Of a stretch of DNA of 64,000 nt, positions 26,965 to 38,560 are shown piece after piece. The position numbers and the translations under genes are program-made. Numbering within the stretch: the stretch's first letter is position 1; each line of letters begins with the position of its first letter. The DNA is from Vicugna vicugna (lineage: Eukaryota), in contig MU058017.1 of the NCBI GenBank assembly GCA_013265495.1, positions 1 through 64,000 on the forward strand, written 5' to 3'. Below the pieces are notes generated by a model that had not been told where the DNA came from, made no database searches, and saw only the letters and a list, made by a program, of their open reading frames with translations.

Positions 26965-28460
26965 TTACAATTCAACACATCAAATATTTTTTTGAGAACC
27001 AGGGATGTGCCAGGTTGTTTTAACACTGGGGTTAGAGCAATGCCAAACAAATTCGGCTTCTGATCTCATAGTGTCATTTGTTTATTTTTGTTTCCCAGTG
27101 AGGGGAGACAGGAAACAAATTGAAAAAACAAAAATCAATGCCCATGTGATGATAATTTCAATGAAAAAAAATGAAGCAAACTAAGGGGGACAAATAACGA
27201 AAGGGATAGCAGGGGTTTGTGTTACTTTCAAATAGGGTGGAAAAGGTTGCCTTTATGATAAGGTAACATTTGAAAAGAGACTTGAAGGAAATGAGAACGT
27301 GAGCCATGTGGCTATCTGGCAGCGCAACATTCTAGTGCAGGGAGCCCCAAGTGCAAAGGTCTTAATGTGGAACCATCTTGATGGAACCATTTTCTTCTGT
27401 GAATCATCTTTGATCTTGCAAAAATTGCAAGAAGGCAAGTCCACCTGGAGCAGAAGGATGAAGCTCAGCAGCTGGGAGGGAGAGGAGAGATGAGAGGAAG
27501 ATGTAATTGGAGATGGGCTGAGAGACAGTAGAGAGCCAGATTGCGTTGGGCTTGGATGGTCATGGTAATGATGAGGGGTTTGGAGTTCATGTGGAGAAGC
27601 CATCAGTAAGGTTTGAATAGAGGAAAACATGATCTGACCTAGCTGTTAAAAAGTATCACTAACACACTCTGGGTCAAACCAGTAATGAAGCAAGTATGGG
27701 GATAAGTGAACCCATATGAATATAAGTGAGTAGCACTGAAGGAGTAAACCAGGGTGGGAGGAATCAAAGGGCAGCACTGGCAGAATTTGCTGATAGACTG
27801 AATGTGAGGCACAGGAGAGAGAAGAGAGTAAGGATGACACTAAGATTTTTGCCTTTCCTAAGTAGAAGAATAAAGTGGTGTTTATTGAGGTAAGGAAGAT
27901 GTGGAAAGGGACAGATTTGGGGAAGGGTACTAGGGAAGATCACAAGTTCCAATTTAGACATGATAAGTTTGAGATGTATATTAGCCATTTAAAGGGATCT
28001 TTCAAAGAGTCAGCTGGATTTTAAGAGTCTGGAGCTCAGGGAAGAGATCAGGAAGGTAGATACAAATTTAGGCAACACTGATGTATTCAATATCATGAAA
28101 CTGAAGGATAACATTTGGGTGAAAATACAGTGAATGTAATAAAGAAAGAGAGGAAAACTGAGCCCTGAGGCATTCAAGTCCTCGTGGCTAGTAAGAAGGG
28201 GAAGATCTAGCAAAGGAGCAGCCAGTAAAGGAAAAAGAGGAAGGATAAAAATGGTGGTTCTGAAGCTCAGGAAAGGGAGTGTATCAGGACTTAGGTAGTA
28301 AACAACTGTGTCGACAGAGGTTATTAAATAGGTCAAATATGGTAGGGATGACATAGTTCCATTAAACTGAGCAACAGGGACCTATTAATCAGGTCAGATA
28401 TGATAGGGACTGAGCATAGTTCCGTTAGATTGAGCAATCGACCACTTGATACAGTATCTG
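26965..28460 (-). mobile_element. LINE-2 fragment (about 1.5 kb)
   Basis: L2 3' end in reverse at 26970 ('attcaacacatcaaatattttttgag...tgtgccagg'). Internal 'aaggtaacatttgaaaagagacttgaagg' and 'tttagacatgataagtttgagatg'. Confidence 0.85.
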
Positions 28461-31236
28461 TGGCACTGCCATGGAATGAACAAAACATTTTGAGTAGAAT
28501 TTAATCTATTCCAGAAAATTACTCACTTGACAGTTATACCCTAAAACTTATATTTCTTCTAGTTATATTGAAATATATAATCTGAAGTATGAGCAAAAGG
28601 GAAGACTTTCTTGTGAGGTGCCTTTTGAAATACTGAAACCAGTCATGAGCCTTCAAAGGAGAAAAAGTTCAGTCTCCTAAGAATGAACATCTATCTTACA
28701 TACTGTATAATAAACATAGTTAGAGAACTTGACTTTTCCAAACTGTAGTAATCACAATACCCAACTAATAATCTTGGAAAATGTGACGACAAAACACAGT
28801 CACGGATAGCACCACCAAGGCTCGTAGACAGGGCTTCACTAGCGTTCAATGCTTGCACTTGCTTAATAAGGACCACCATGGAGTTAGGCAAAATGGTTGT
28901 TATTTCTGTAAATTAAAAACAGGCATTTCAGCGCACCCAGTTCTATAACATTTCTTACAAAAAGCAACCAGGATATTTTTGGTAGAGGCCCAGGCCAAAT
29001 ACAGAAGTGGCCCTGCTCATGACTCATTCCAAGGGTTTTTCAATAGTTTTGAAATATAGTAATAGTCCCTTCTCCAACCCCTAGATTAGGGCATAGTCAG
29101 TATATTTATTTCCAGGGCTGCTACTGGGGAAAATGGGGAATTTATTTTTGCTAACCCTCTTTCTCTTCTGACTTTAGGTACCCATTCATTCAGATTCCTC
29201 ACTTTTCTCTTCTTTCCCATGTTCCCAACACCTTACTTCACCTTATCTTTTTCAAACATTCACAAACACACATCTCTAGATCTTTTCCCACATTATTCTT
29301 TCCTTGCGTCATTCATTCGTTTATTCGCCCATCAAATTTAACAAATATTTCTTTGGGGCTTATCATGCACTCAGCAGTGTGCCAGGTGCTGGGTATGAAG
29401 TGGGAAACAAGATATGCTTCTGTGTTTGTGGATACTCACAGAAGGAGGCAAGAATAAAGGACAAGAATAAAAAGGGAAAAAAGGAAAACTATCAGAGAGT
29501 GATAAGCGATATGAGAATTTAGATTATATTTTAATAGGTGACAGAGTGGCTCCATTGAAATACACCTTCCTGTACTAGATCTCCAAAGTGGCAAATAACT
29601 TGAAAAATTAATGTAGGCTTTTCTGTTTAAAACTTCCTTTCTTTCTTCCCTTTTAATTAATGTAATTTCTAACATTTGCAAACTAGAGATAATATCACCA
29701 CCCAAAAGAGTGACTAATAGATAGCAGACGTTTCAAGTACTAAGAAAATGGGGTGGGATATTTGGGAGCAGACCATGGTTGATTGCCTAGGCTGTCCCAG
29801 AGCTGGTTCTAGCTTGGTGCTCCTTCTTTATTTCTTTTATAGATTTCTCAGTCTAAATCTGTCTCCTGAGCTCTTGGTGCTTCTGGGTTTTTCCACTGTA
29901 TCACACAGGAGAGGAAAGGACTTCTAACCACTCCCCAGTGAGTCGTTTCTCCTTTGTCTTTCTGGCCCTGTCCCCATTCAATGCAGTCTCCCCTCACAGC
30001 AGATGTCTTCCTCCATTGCCTCCTAGGTGTCATTCTATCTCGTGATGGATTAGATTGTCTTATTTTTGCCCCTGTGAAGGCCATTTCATCCCATACACAG
30101 AGGTCTTCTTGATTTTTTTTTTTTTTTTTTTACTGGAGAGTGACAAGTTGTCTAACATTTCAAGGAATGAAGCCTGAATAAAGGCATTTTTTTTGTGTGT
30201 GTCTTAAAAATTCCTTTTGGCTCCATGCAACTTTGGGTTGCCACCTTTCCAAAGAAAATGAAAGGCCTAGATCATTAGTTTACAAACTTTATGAGTCTCT
30301 GAAATTCTTATGGGCTGTTTTTCATGCTTTAGACTCCAAAGACTCATTGCAGGATTGGGCCAGTGCCGGCTGCTGGTGGAGCAGACACAAAGCAAACACA
30401 TCCTAAACGGTCATGTTATTTTTCTTTCAAAGAACCCTTAGAGGTATTTTGAGTCTGAGGAGAAAGACAGGAAGGAAGACTAGATCTGTACCCTTCCAGT
30501 GTACAAGCCTTAAAACAAAAGACAATCTGAGGATGGTAGAGGAAAGAGACAAGATGACAAAATGATGTGCAGATGAAACAGAAGGAAGTGAGCACAGACT
30601 ACAATGCACAGGATAGGTCTACATGCTGCCCACCCCAAATGGCATCCTAGGGCTGTGAAACAATTTCTCAAGACTCAGAGATCAGCCTTACGAGTTCCTC
30701 TCCTGGCCCCCACAACAGTGGTGGAGTCTTGCTTTGGCATGTTTTGTCAACTGGACCAGGAGAAAATCTATGCATCTATTACAGGTCCTGGGAACACTGA
30801 CAGCAACTAAAAGTCTGAAAGTCAGCTCCCTGGAATTCTGAAATTTAATGAAATAGTTTGAGAAGCTCTATTCTAGATTAGTATTCTATGTAGTATCAAA
30901 AATTTGAAGTTTGAAAGGGTCCTTTGATATCTCTGCCAACCTCTCTGCTGCACAAATGAGGAGACTGAAGCCTAAATAGGTTATGACTATGTCTGGATAG
31001 CTACTTATGAACAAATATGCAATTAAGTAGGAAACATGAAAATAATGTGAAGTCAAATACATATTCTGCTAGTAGATTGGAGTTTGACTTTTAGAAAGTT
31101 ACATAATCTCTGTGAACTAAATTATGCATATATTTAAAACAGAAATCTAGAAAACCATCTAGACCATGACAGATTTTATAAAGGATGAAGAACTAGTGGT
31201 TGGATGTCAGTCACTCATTCATCAAAGTACTTCACA

Positions 31237-32298
31237 ATAGCAAAACAAAAAAACACCCTACAGAATGGGAGAAAATATCTGCAAATGATGTGACTGACAA
31301 AGGTTTAATTTCCAGAATATATAAACAGCTCATACAACTTAACAAGAAAACAAACAACCCAATCCAAAAATGGGCAGAAGATCTAAAGAAATTCTCCAAT
31401 GAAAACATACAAATGGCCAATAAGCACATGATAAAATGCTCAATATTGCTAATTATCAAAGAAATGCAAATCAAAATGACAATGAGGTATCACCTCACAC
31501 CAGTCAGAATGGCCATAATTCAAAAGTCCACAAAGATAAATGCTGGAGAGGGTGTGGAGAAAAGGGAACCCTCCTACGCTGCTGGTGGGAATGTAGTTTC
31601 ATGCAGCCATTATGGAAAATAGCATGGAGATTCCTCAAAAAACTAAAAACAGACTTACCATATGATCCAGCAATCCCACTTCTGGGGATCTTTCTGGAAG
31701 GAACTCTAATTCGAAAAAGTACATGCACCCCAATGTTCACAGCAGCCTTATATACAATAGCCAAGACATGGGAACAACCTAAATGTCCATTGACAGATGA
31801 CTGCATAAAGAAGTTGTATATTTACTCAATGGAATACTACTCAGCCATAAAAAAGAACAAAATAATGCTATTTGCAGGAACATGGGATGGACCTAGAGAT
31901 TGTCATTCTAAGTTACATTAGCCAGAAAGAGAAAAGAAAAATACCATATGAATATCACTCATATGTGGAATCAAAAAAAAAAAAGAAAGAAAAAAAGAGG
32001 ACATTAAGGAACTCATCTACAAAACAGAAACAGACTAACATAGTAAACAATCTTACAGTTACATGGGGAAGGGATAAATTTGGGAGTTTGAGATTTACAA
32101 ATGTTAGCCACAATATATAAAAATAGATTTAAAAGGCTTCTGTATAGCACAGGGAATTGAATTCAATATCTTACAGTAACCTAAAATGAAAAAGAATATG
32201 AAAATGAATATATGTACATATATGCATGACTGGGACATTGTGCTGTGCACCAGAAATTGACACACTGTCACTGTACTTCAATTAAAAAAAAAAAAGAA
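31237..32298 (+). mobile_element. Young 5'-truncated LINE-1 (ORF2 C-terminus, 3' UTR, poly(A))
   Basis: ORF2 motifs ([30 protein letters not shown]), a poly(A) tail, and perfect 14-bp TSDs caaagtacttcaca (31223-31236, 32299-32312). Confidence 0.95.
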
Positions 32299-32495
32299 CA
32301 AAGTACTTCACACTATAAAAACGTTTATAGAGTATTTGGTCCTAAAATAATTGAAACATGTTACATGCCACAACTTTTTAAGAAATAGAAGCTTTTAAAC
32401 TCTCAGTCTACATTTTGGGATAGCCCTGAGAATACTGCATAATTTAGATTTAGGAGCTGAAACACGTATAACATCACAACTGCTTGGATGAATAG

Positions 32496-32890
32496 TGTTA
32501 AAAATAAGACAATAGGCCCAAAATGGAGTGGCTTATTCTTAGCCAAATGTTTCTAAACCAAGACTTAATTACAGTTAAATTGTAATTAAGCTCCTCTTGA
32601 AATAAAATCTTAAATCAGTCAATCAGGAACTGCGAGGTTAGAACTAGTTAGGTCATCTGCATGACAGACGTCTGCCATCGCCTAAAGGAAAGTGATATTG
32701 CAGTAACCAACTTGCTTTGTTGCTTAGTTTAACTTCCTTGTTCCTGCTCTGTTTTGGCTATAAATGTCTCCCATTTTGTACAGCTCCTCAGAGTGTCTTT
32801 CTGTCTTCTAGACTGGATGCTGACGATTCGAATCAATTTTTGCACAAATTAATTCAACATTTTTAATATGCCTCAGTTCATCTTTTAACA
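32496..32890 (+). mobile_element. Solo ERV1-type LTR (MER34/MER39-like)
   Basis: TGTTAAAA...TTTTAACA inverted termini and a TATA-like ctataaat near 32758. Its 3' end is shared with the LTR at 42256. No clean TSD. Confidence 0.75.
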
Positions 32891-33536
32891 GTTCTCTCCA
32901 AATAGTTTTGGTTATACATCATTAAATTGAAAAGAACCAGATTTGCTCATACAGACCCACTATGATATATTTGTTCACAAATTATATCTACATATTACTG
33001 AACTAATATGTTTAAAATTTATAAGCAAGAGAAATTAAAAATAAGACAAAAATGAAATCAATATTTTATATTATTTTATTACTAACAATATAAAAGTGCT
33101 CTGCTTTCATTTAATGTTTTTTGTTGAGAGAAAATATTCTTTCTTAATATAAAATCTTAGTTTAATATATTATGCTACAGTGATTTAAAAAATCTGGTTT
33201 TAGGTTCAGCTTATTTTACACTTGGTGCTAATAGCTGCTTTAGTATTTAAATTGCTAAAAACAACCCATAGGTCAAAATGGAAAAAGTGTTTCCCTGGTT
33301 GTATTTAAGTCTTCAGAGTCATTTTTCAGTCTCATCCACCAATTATGAATGGTTTTTGACAAATTCAGCTAGTAAAGTTTTATGTTCTCTTAATGTCAAT
33401 CCATTGGTCCTAAAAAATAATGGGAAGTTAGTCTAGTTTTATATTTTCAGAAAATGACAAGTTGTCAAAATACACTAGAATCTTTCATCTGGAAAATGTT
33501 TTGACTAAAGTATCCTTATTTCAAGAGTATTGTTTG

Positions 33537-34020
33537 TGAAGGAAAAATACTGCAAATCGTATCAGTAAACAAAGAATGCTGAAGCCATCAAGTCATCAGC
33601 TGCTGCCTCGCCCACACCCGACTCTGTGAAGACAAGCCTGCAGCCCAGCCCCAGCAGCCACTGACAATGGTGCACCCTGAGGGGACTCAGAATAAGAAAG
33701 GACGAGATACTGGCCCTAGATGGCTAGGTGCTTGTTAAAGGAATGAATTCAATGAGCCCAAATGTTTGCTTCCACCCATAAACAGAAAAGCACTAAATTC
33801 TTTAACTTGAGATACCTAGTTTTCTTTAGATAACAAGCAATCTTCTACTGTTCCAACTACCTGGTCTTTGTGGTAAAGCTCCTATATATCCTAGCTCCTC
33901 CCCTCCCTCTTTGGAGCAGCACCTCAGAGCGATCTGAGAGGCTGTCATCCCGGTTCGAGTCCTCCCGCCAAATAAAACATAACTCTCAACTTTTAGGCTG
34001 CGTATTTATTTCAGTCGACA
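33537..34020 (+). mobile_element. Solo ERV LTR
   Basis: TG...CA termini, perfect 5-bp TSD gtttg, TATA (cctatatat, about 33881), AATAAA at 33971. Retains CpGs. Confidence 0.85.
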
Positions 34021-34486
34021 GTTTGTGTAGATGAGACTTTTGATAGTTATCAATTTTGCCCAAAAGTAACCAAATATTAGGAATATTTCCCCCCAAATTC
34101 TATTTCTATAAGAGCCTTCTTTTGAAAAGCTGTTTCTCTCTTGTTGCTAAAATGTCACCTTTATCAAATTAATGGTGTTTATTTTTAAGGAAATATCTGA
34201 GAGGCAGCATACTAACAACAATAATCTGTTATCCTATCAAAGGTCAACTTTAGAATACAGGTCTTTTGATAGAAGTGTTTAGCTTACTTTGAATTCAAGA
34301 ATACTTACGTAGGTTGAGTGGGGACACCGGTGTGAAAGTTGAAAGCTCTAAATTAATTAGTCTTGTTAAATATCAGGAAAATTGAATTTCTTTTCCTTCC
34401 CCAGCTCCAGTGAAACAAATTGCATGTCCCCTTGGGTGCATATAGTTACTGTGGACACCACTAATGGGCTATTTATTTATCTAAGT

Positions 34487-35055
34487 TGTGCCTTAGATTC
34501 AAATGCATTCTTCTATACTCTGCTCAGTACATTGGTAACTAGGAAAATGTAATCTACATTTTCCAGATTACTTTGCTACCTGGCTTCCCCTTAGGTTCTG
34601 CTAATGGGAGATAATAGAGGCAGATTGGAATGTGGAAAGGGGAGAGAACTTTAATCCTTTTTCTTATTTTTCTATTACATTGCCCTAGCAGTAGCAATTC
34701 ACCCAGGCAGCAGCCGTTCAGCCCAGCAGGGTTAACTCACTCTAGTTTCTACTTCTTTCAGTACTCCCAGTGCCAGCCTCATCAAGTCCATCAAAGGCCC
34801 TAGTAGGAGACAGGTGGGATTCCTTTCTTAAAGATCTGAGCACACACTTTGCAAGAGATTCCTCTGAGTTTCTAGGATATGGTAATCCCAACACTTCCCC
34901 TCTATTCTCCCAGACCTAAGGCTAGTATCTACTTCCTTAAATTGTCTCTGGGATTTAAAAAAAAAAAAGTGTTCCTCTTTTGTTCTTTCACTCCTTCAAC
35001 ACCTTTTTAATCGATTCTCTATATTAATTTCCCTTCTTAAAATACCTAGTGTGAT
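34487..35055 (+). mobile_element. Old ERVL-class LTR (LTR33/LTR16-like)
   Basis: 'acattttccagattactttgctacctggcttccccttaggttctgctaatgggag' and a 3' 'attaatttcccttcttaaaatacctagtgtg'. Family name from recall. Confidence 0.6.
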
Positions 35056-35079
35056 GTTGATTTAGTTCACAAGAAACGT

Positions 35080-36870
35080 TAGAAATCTCCACCTCTTTAA
35101 AGTCAGGAACAAAACAAAGATGACTAGATATACTAAAAATCTAAATGTGAAAAGCAAAACTTGATTATTTTTAAGAGAATTTAGGGTTATATCATTATGA
35201 CTTCAGTTAGGAAAGAATTTTTAAAGACAACATACAAATTCTAAGCTGTAAATGAAAAAATTGATAAATTTGACTACATTCAAGTATAAAATGCCTGTAT
35301 ATCACAAGATATACCATTAATAAAATGCAAGTAATACTCTGGGAGAAGATATTTATAATGCCTATAACTGATTAAGCACTGAAGTTCAGACATTAAAAAG
35401 AAGTCTAAAAATGAACAAAAACCAAACAATCAAATGGAAAAATATATAAATGACCTAAATACATAATTAATTTTAAAGAGGAAGCCTCAATGGCTAACAA
35501 ACACATCGAAAGTTTCTCAGCCTCTTTGGTAAACATGGAAATGGAAATAAAAGCAACAAGAAGACTCCACTGCATCACGAAGGCAAAATCTGAAAGTCTG
35601 AAAATGTTAAAACTTAAAAATTTGAAATGGCAATGATGTTGGCTGGATGCACCTACAAATTGCTGCAGAGGCATGACTTGTTTCAAGCTCTCTGGAGGAC
35701 AATTTGGAAATATATAATACAAGTGAAAATGTACGTAGCCTATGTATATAACCCAACAATTCCACGTATATAATACTCATGAGAGACCTGAGCTAGGCTT
35801 TTGATGCAACACTGTTTACAATAGCAAAAAAACTTACAATGTTCTAAATGTCCATTAATAGGGGAATGGATAAATATTCATAGTGGAACTATTCAGCAAT
35901 TTAAAAGATTAAAGAAAACCTGTATTTCTCAACATTGAAAAAAGCATATGCTTTTTTCCTGAAAGGAATAAAAATATAATCAATGTGGCTTATAGAAAAA
36001 AGAAATGCATTTGCTCACATAAAAAGAAGCTCATGTTAAAAATAGGCTGAAGACTGGTTAATATAGCTTCTGTTTTGCCCATTTCTGCTCTGCCATCATC
36101 ATTATATATATATGGACATATCTTCAGGGAGGCTCCTCAAATTAGCAAGATGGCTGGCTGCCTAGTTCTAGGTGTCACACCCAGTATGACAGCATCCAGC
36201 AGAAGAGGAAATCATTTCTTTCTGTGTTTTCAAGAACAAGATCTTTCCTAGACACTTCCCAGCGGTATTCTGCTTATTTCATTCACTAGAATTATGTCAC
36301 ATTGCCCTGCATAGCCCACTCACTGAGAAGGATAAGATTACTATGATTGCTTATACTAACTGATATCTACCCTTGATAGAGGAGTAAGTTCTTCTTTCCT
36401 AAGGAATGGAAAATTCAAAAAAAAAAAATGGGGTTCTGTTAGTGAGGAATAGGGTGGAAATAGTTAATGGGAAGGCAATCACCAATTCCACTGTAATTAA
36501 AAACAATGCAAGATGTAGAAGGAGATGCATAGTTTTGTGTCTTTGTAAACATTTTTAAAGCACTAAAAGCATACTCAATATTGTGTAAAGATACAAAAAC
36601 CTATAGCGAATGGTCAAAAACAAATGTGGATACTCTACCTAATGGGTATTGGGCTGCCCTATTGTGCAACTAGAATTCTACAGTACACAGCTTGCGTCTC
36701 TTGGCAGGGTGCCAGATTCCGTGGCCTCACAGTTTTCTTTAGGAAAAGAGGGAGGGGAATGGCAGGGGAGGGAGGCATCAGCCTCAGCTACACATTTTCT
36801 TTCTATTAATAAGGAAACAAATATGGCAATATGTCAACATTTGTTAAATCTGGGAGGTTTCAATCCATCA
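35080..36870 (+). mobile_element. Ancient L1ME-like 3' portion, interrupted by an MLT1 LTR
   Basis: 'aaaaaattgataaatttgactacattcaag' and 'ctaaatgtccattaataggggaatggataaa'. The 3' UTR resumes near 36495. Confidence 0.7.
35955..36490 (-). mobile_element. Old MLT1 (K/L-like) MaLR LTR
   Basis: 'gcaagatggctggctgcc', 'tcattcactagaattatgtcacattgccc', 'ggggttctgttagtgaggaa'. Confidence 0.65.
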
Positions 36871-38444
36871 TTTTAAATATCAACTAGTTTTGAACCCGAA
36901 GCCCAGGGTACGCTTTGTTATGTTCAAATTCCTGTGTGTTGTGATTATCTGGCTTTTTGAAAAAAGGAAAACAGTATTTCCAAGTACAAAACTGGTACAT
37001 CTTAACCCGAAGCAAATATATTTACTTTGGCAAAACTGTTCAAGATTTATGAATGATGATTAAAATGATCACAATGTTAACATTTCATTGTTACAATTCC
37101 AAAAGGCCATTCTCCAACATGAATTCCCAGACAAATGTGAATGCAGCTTTTGGCTATTTTTTAAATTGCTAGTTTGTTTTGGGTTATTCATTCATGTAAA
37201 TCACCAGGGAACAGGTAAGCTTCTGTTTCCTTCCTAAACTAATGCCTGCTTATGTCCACACCCTGAAAGGTTCTATGTGGGCAGGACTCCGGCTTAATCT
37301 CTGGGAAATACATTCCAGCTGATCATGAACATTTCCCTGTTTTTCCTTTCCTTTTTCTCTCTGGTCATTTGTGTATGTTTACATTTTGACCCCCCATGAA
37401 AAATTCCCATAGGCCACTTTGCCATTTCTTAGTTCCCTTCCATCTTCACTGTTACAGTTTACGGGGCTTTGATACAAAGTAGGAAAAACAGGGGTCCACA
37501 TAAGCTTCTTGCCTCAGTGGTCCTTCTTTCTGGAGGACTGGCAGGAATCAAGAAGAAAAATATCTTCTATTTTGGCCATTAAAGCCTCACAATGTTTTGA
37601 AAGTGGGACGTGCTTTAATAAGGGCCTTCTGGGTGATTATTTTCTGTCATCGATATTCAGAAAGTCCAACCAAAACTATTCCCAAAGAGCTGCAACTAGG
37701 CTGGTAACTCTTCATTTTACATTCCAGAGCCATGGTGCCCAAGTGTCCCTTAATCGGTGGAAACACGGTGGTTGGAGAGAGTTGGCACAGATCCTAGAAG
37801 CTGCAACCTCCCTTGGGCTTCTCATTTCACTCCTGCCTCATCAATCCAATGGCCAGAAGTGGCTCCTGCATTGGCTTCTGTGCTGGAAGTCCAGGTTTGG
37901 TGTGATCTGAAGTGAGGGGGTGGGGGTAGGTCTTCCCTCCCCCCTCACTGTTTCCATTTCCATTTCCCAAACAACAAAGAAGGGCTATTTCAAAACACTC
38001 TATCTACAGCTATCAGCAGATGACAAACTTCACTATAAAAAGTGCTGGCACCATCTCTAATGTCTATCAGATTAAGGGAAAAGTCAGTTCTGAGTCATAA
38101 CACAGCTCTTCCTCAATTGGTCTTACTATAAAATGAAGGGTATCTTTTGTTACTTGTGCTCTATACACTTACAATAATACCATAAATATTATTTCTGCTT
38201 GCTGGTTAATATTTATTCTTTGTCTGAAACTGTTTGTTTATGAATGTTATGTTATGGGTTTGCATCATTAACCTTTAGACAAGACTGTAGTTTATAGTGG
38301 TTTTAAAGAGCAATTTAGTGGTGGGTGTAGCTTGAATGGTCCAGGAGAATATTATTAAAGGTCGTTTTTGAGACAAGTATAATAGCGCTATTTTTCACTT
38401 AATTCAAAAAGAATTTGAGCAGAGGAATTTTACTGTTGACTCAC

Positions 38445-38560
38445 CTTAAATGAACCTCTCAGCCAGTCTCAGTTTTCACTGTAGTCAGCATAAGATTTTT
38501 ACGCCTACCTGTCATACCAGCCTTTTATAGAGTGCCTATAGCGATGTTTCCCCAATCGCT
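38445..38560 (-). promoter_or_regulatory. Candidate CCAAT/TATA core promoter and short first exon
   Basis: CCAAT (ccaatcg, 38552), TATAAAA on the minus strand (38523-38529), and a consensus donor AAG|GTGAGT at 38445. Motif spacing is the only evidence. Confidence 0.3.

Larger units (their letters stand above)
22378..30810 (+). pseudogene. Cluster of candidate exons (22378-22494, 23548-23596, 23705-23789, 24957-24997, 29843-29937, 30433 onward), product unidentified
   Basis: Each has a polypyrimidine-AG acceptor, and all but the last have a GT donor. All lie in non-repeat DNA. No spliced frame stays open across all of them. Confidence 0.3.

Noticed and set aside
27253..28354. Ser/Leu/Pro-rich minus-strand ORFs
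   Set aside because: They are translations of a decayed LINE-2.
24957..29937. Spliced reading RKKR|FLS, resembling an ADAMTS furin cleavage site
   Set aside because: That frame has a stop just upstream, and no metalloprotease motif (VE.LVVAD, HExxH) follows. Probably coincidence.
37509..37910. 133-aa plus-strand ORF
   Set aside because: It has a non-ATG (TTG) start, no recognisable domain and no convincing splice context.
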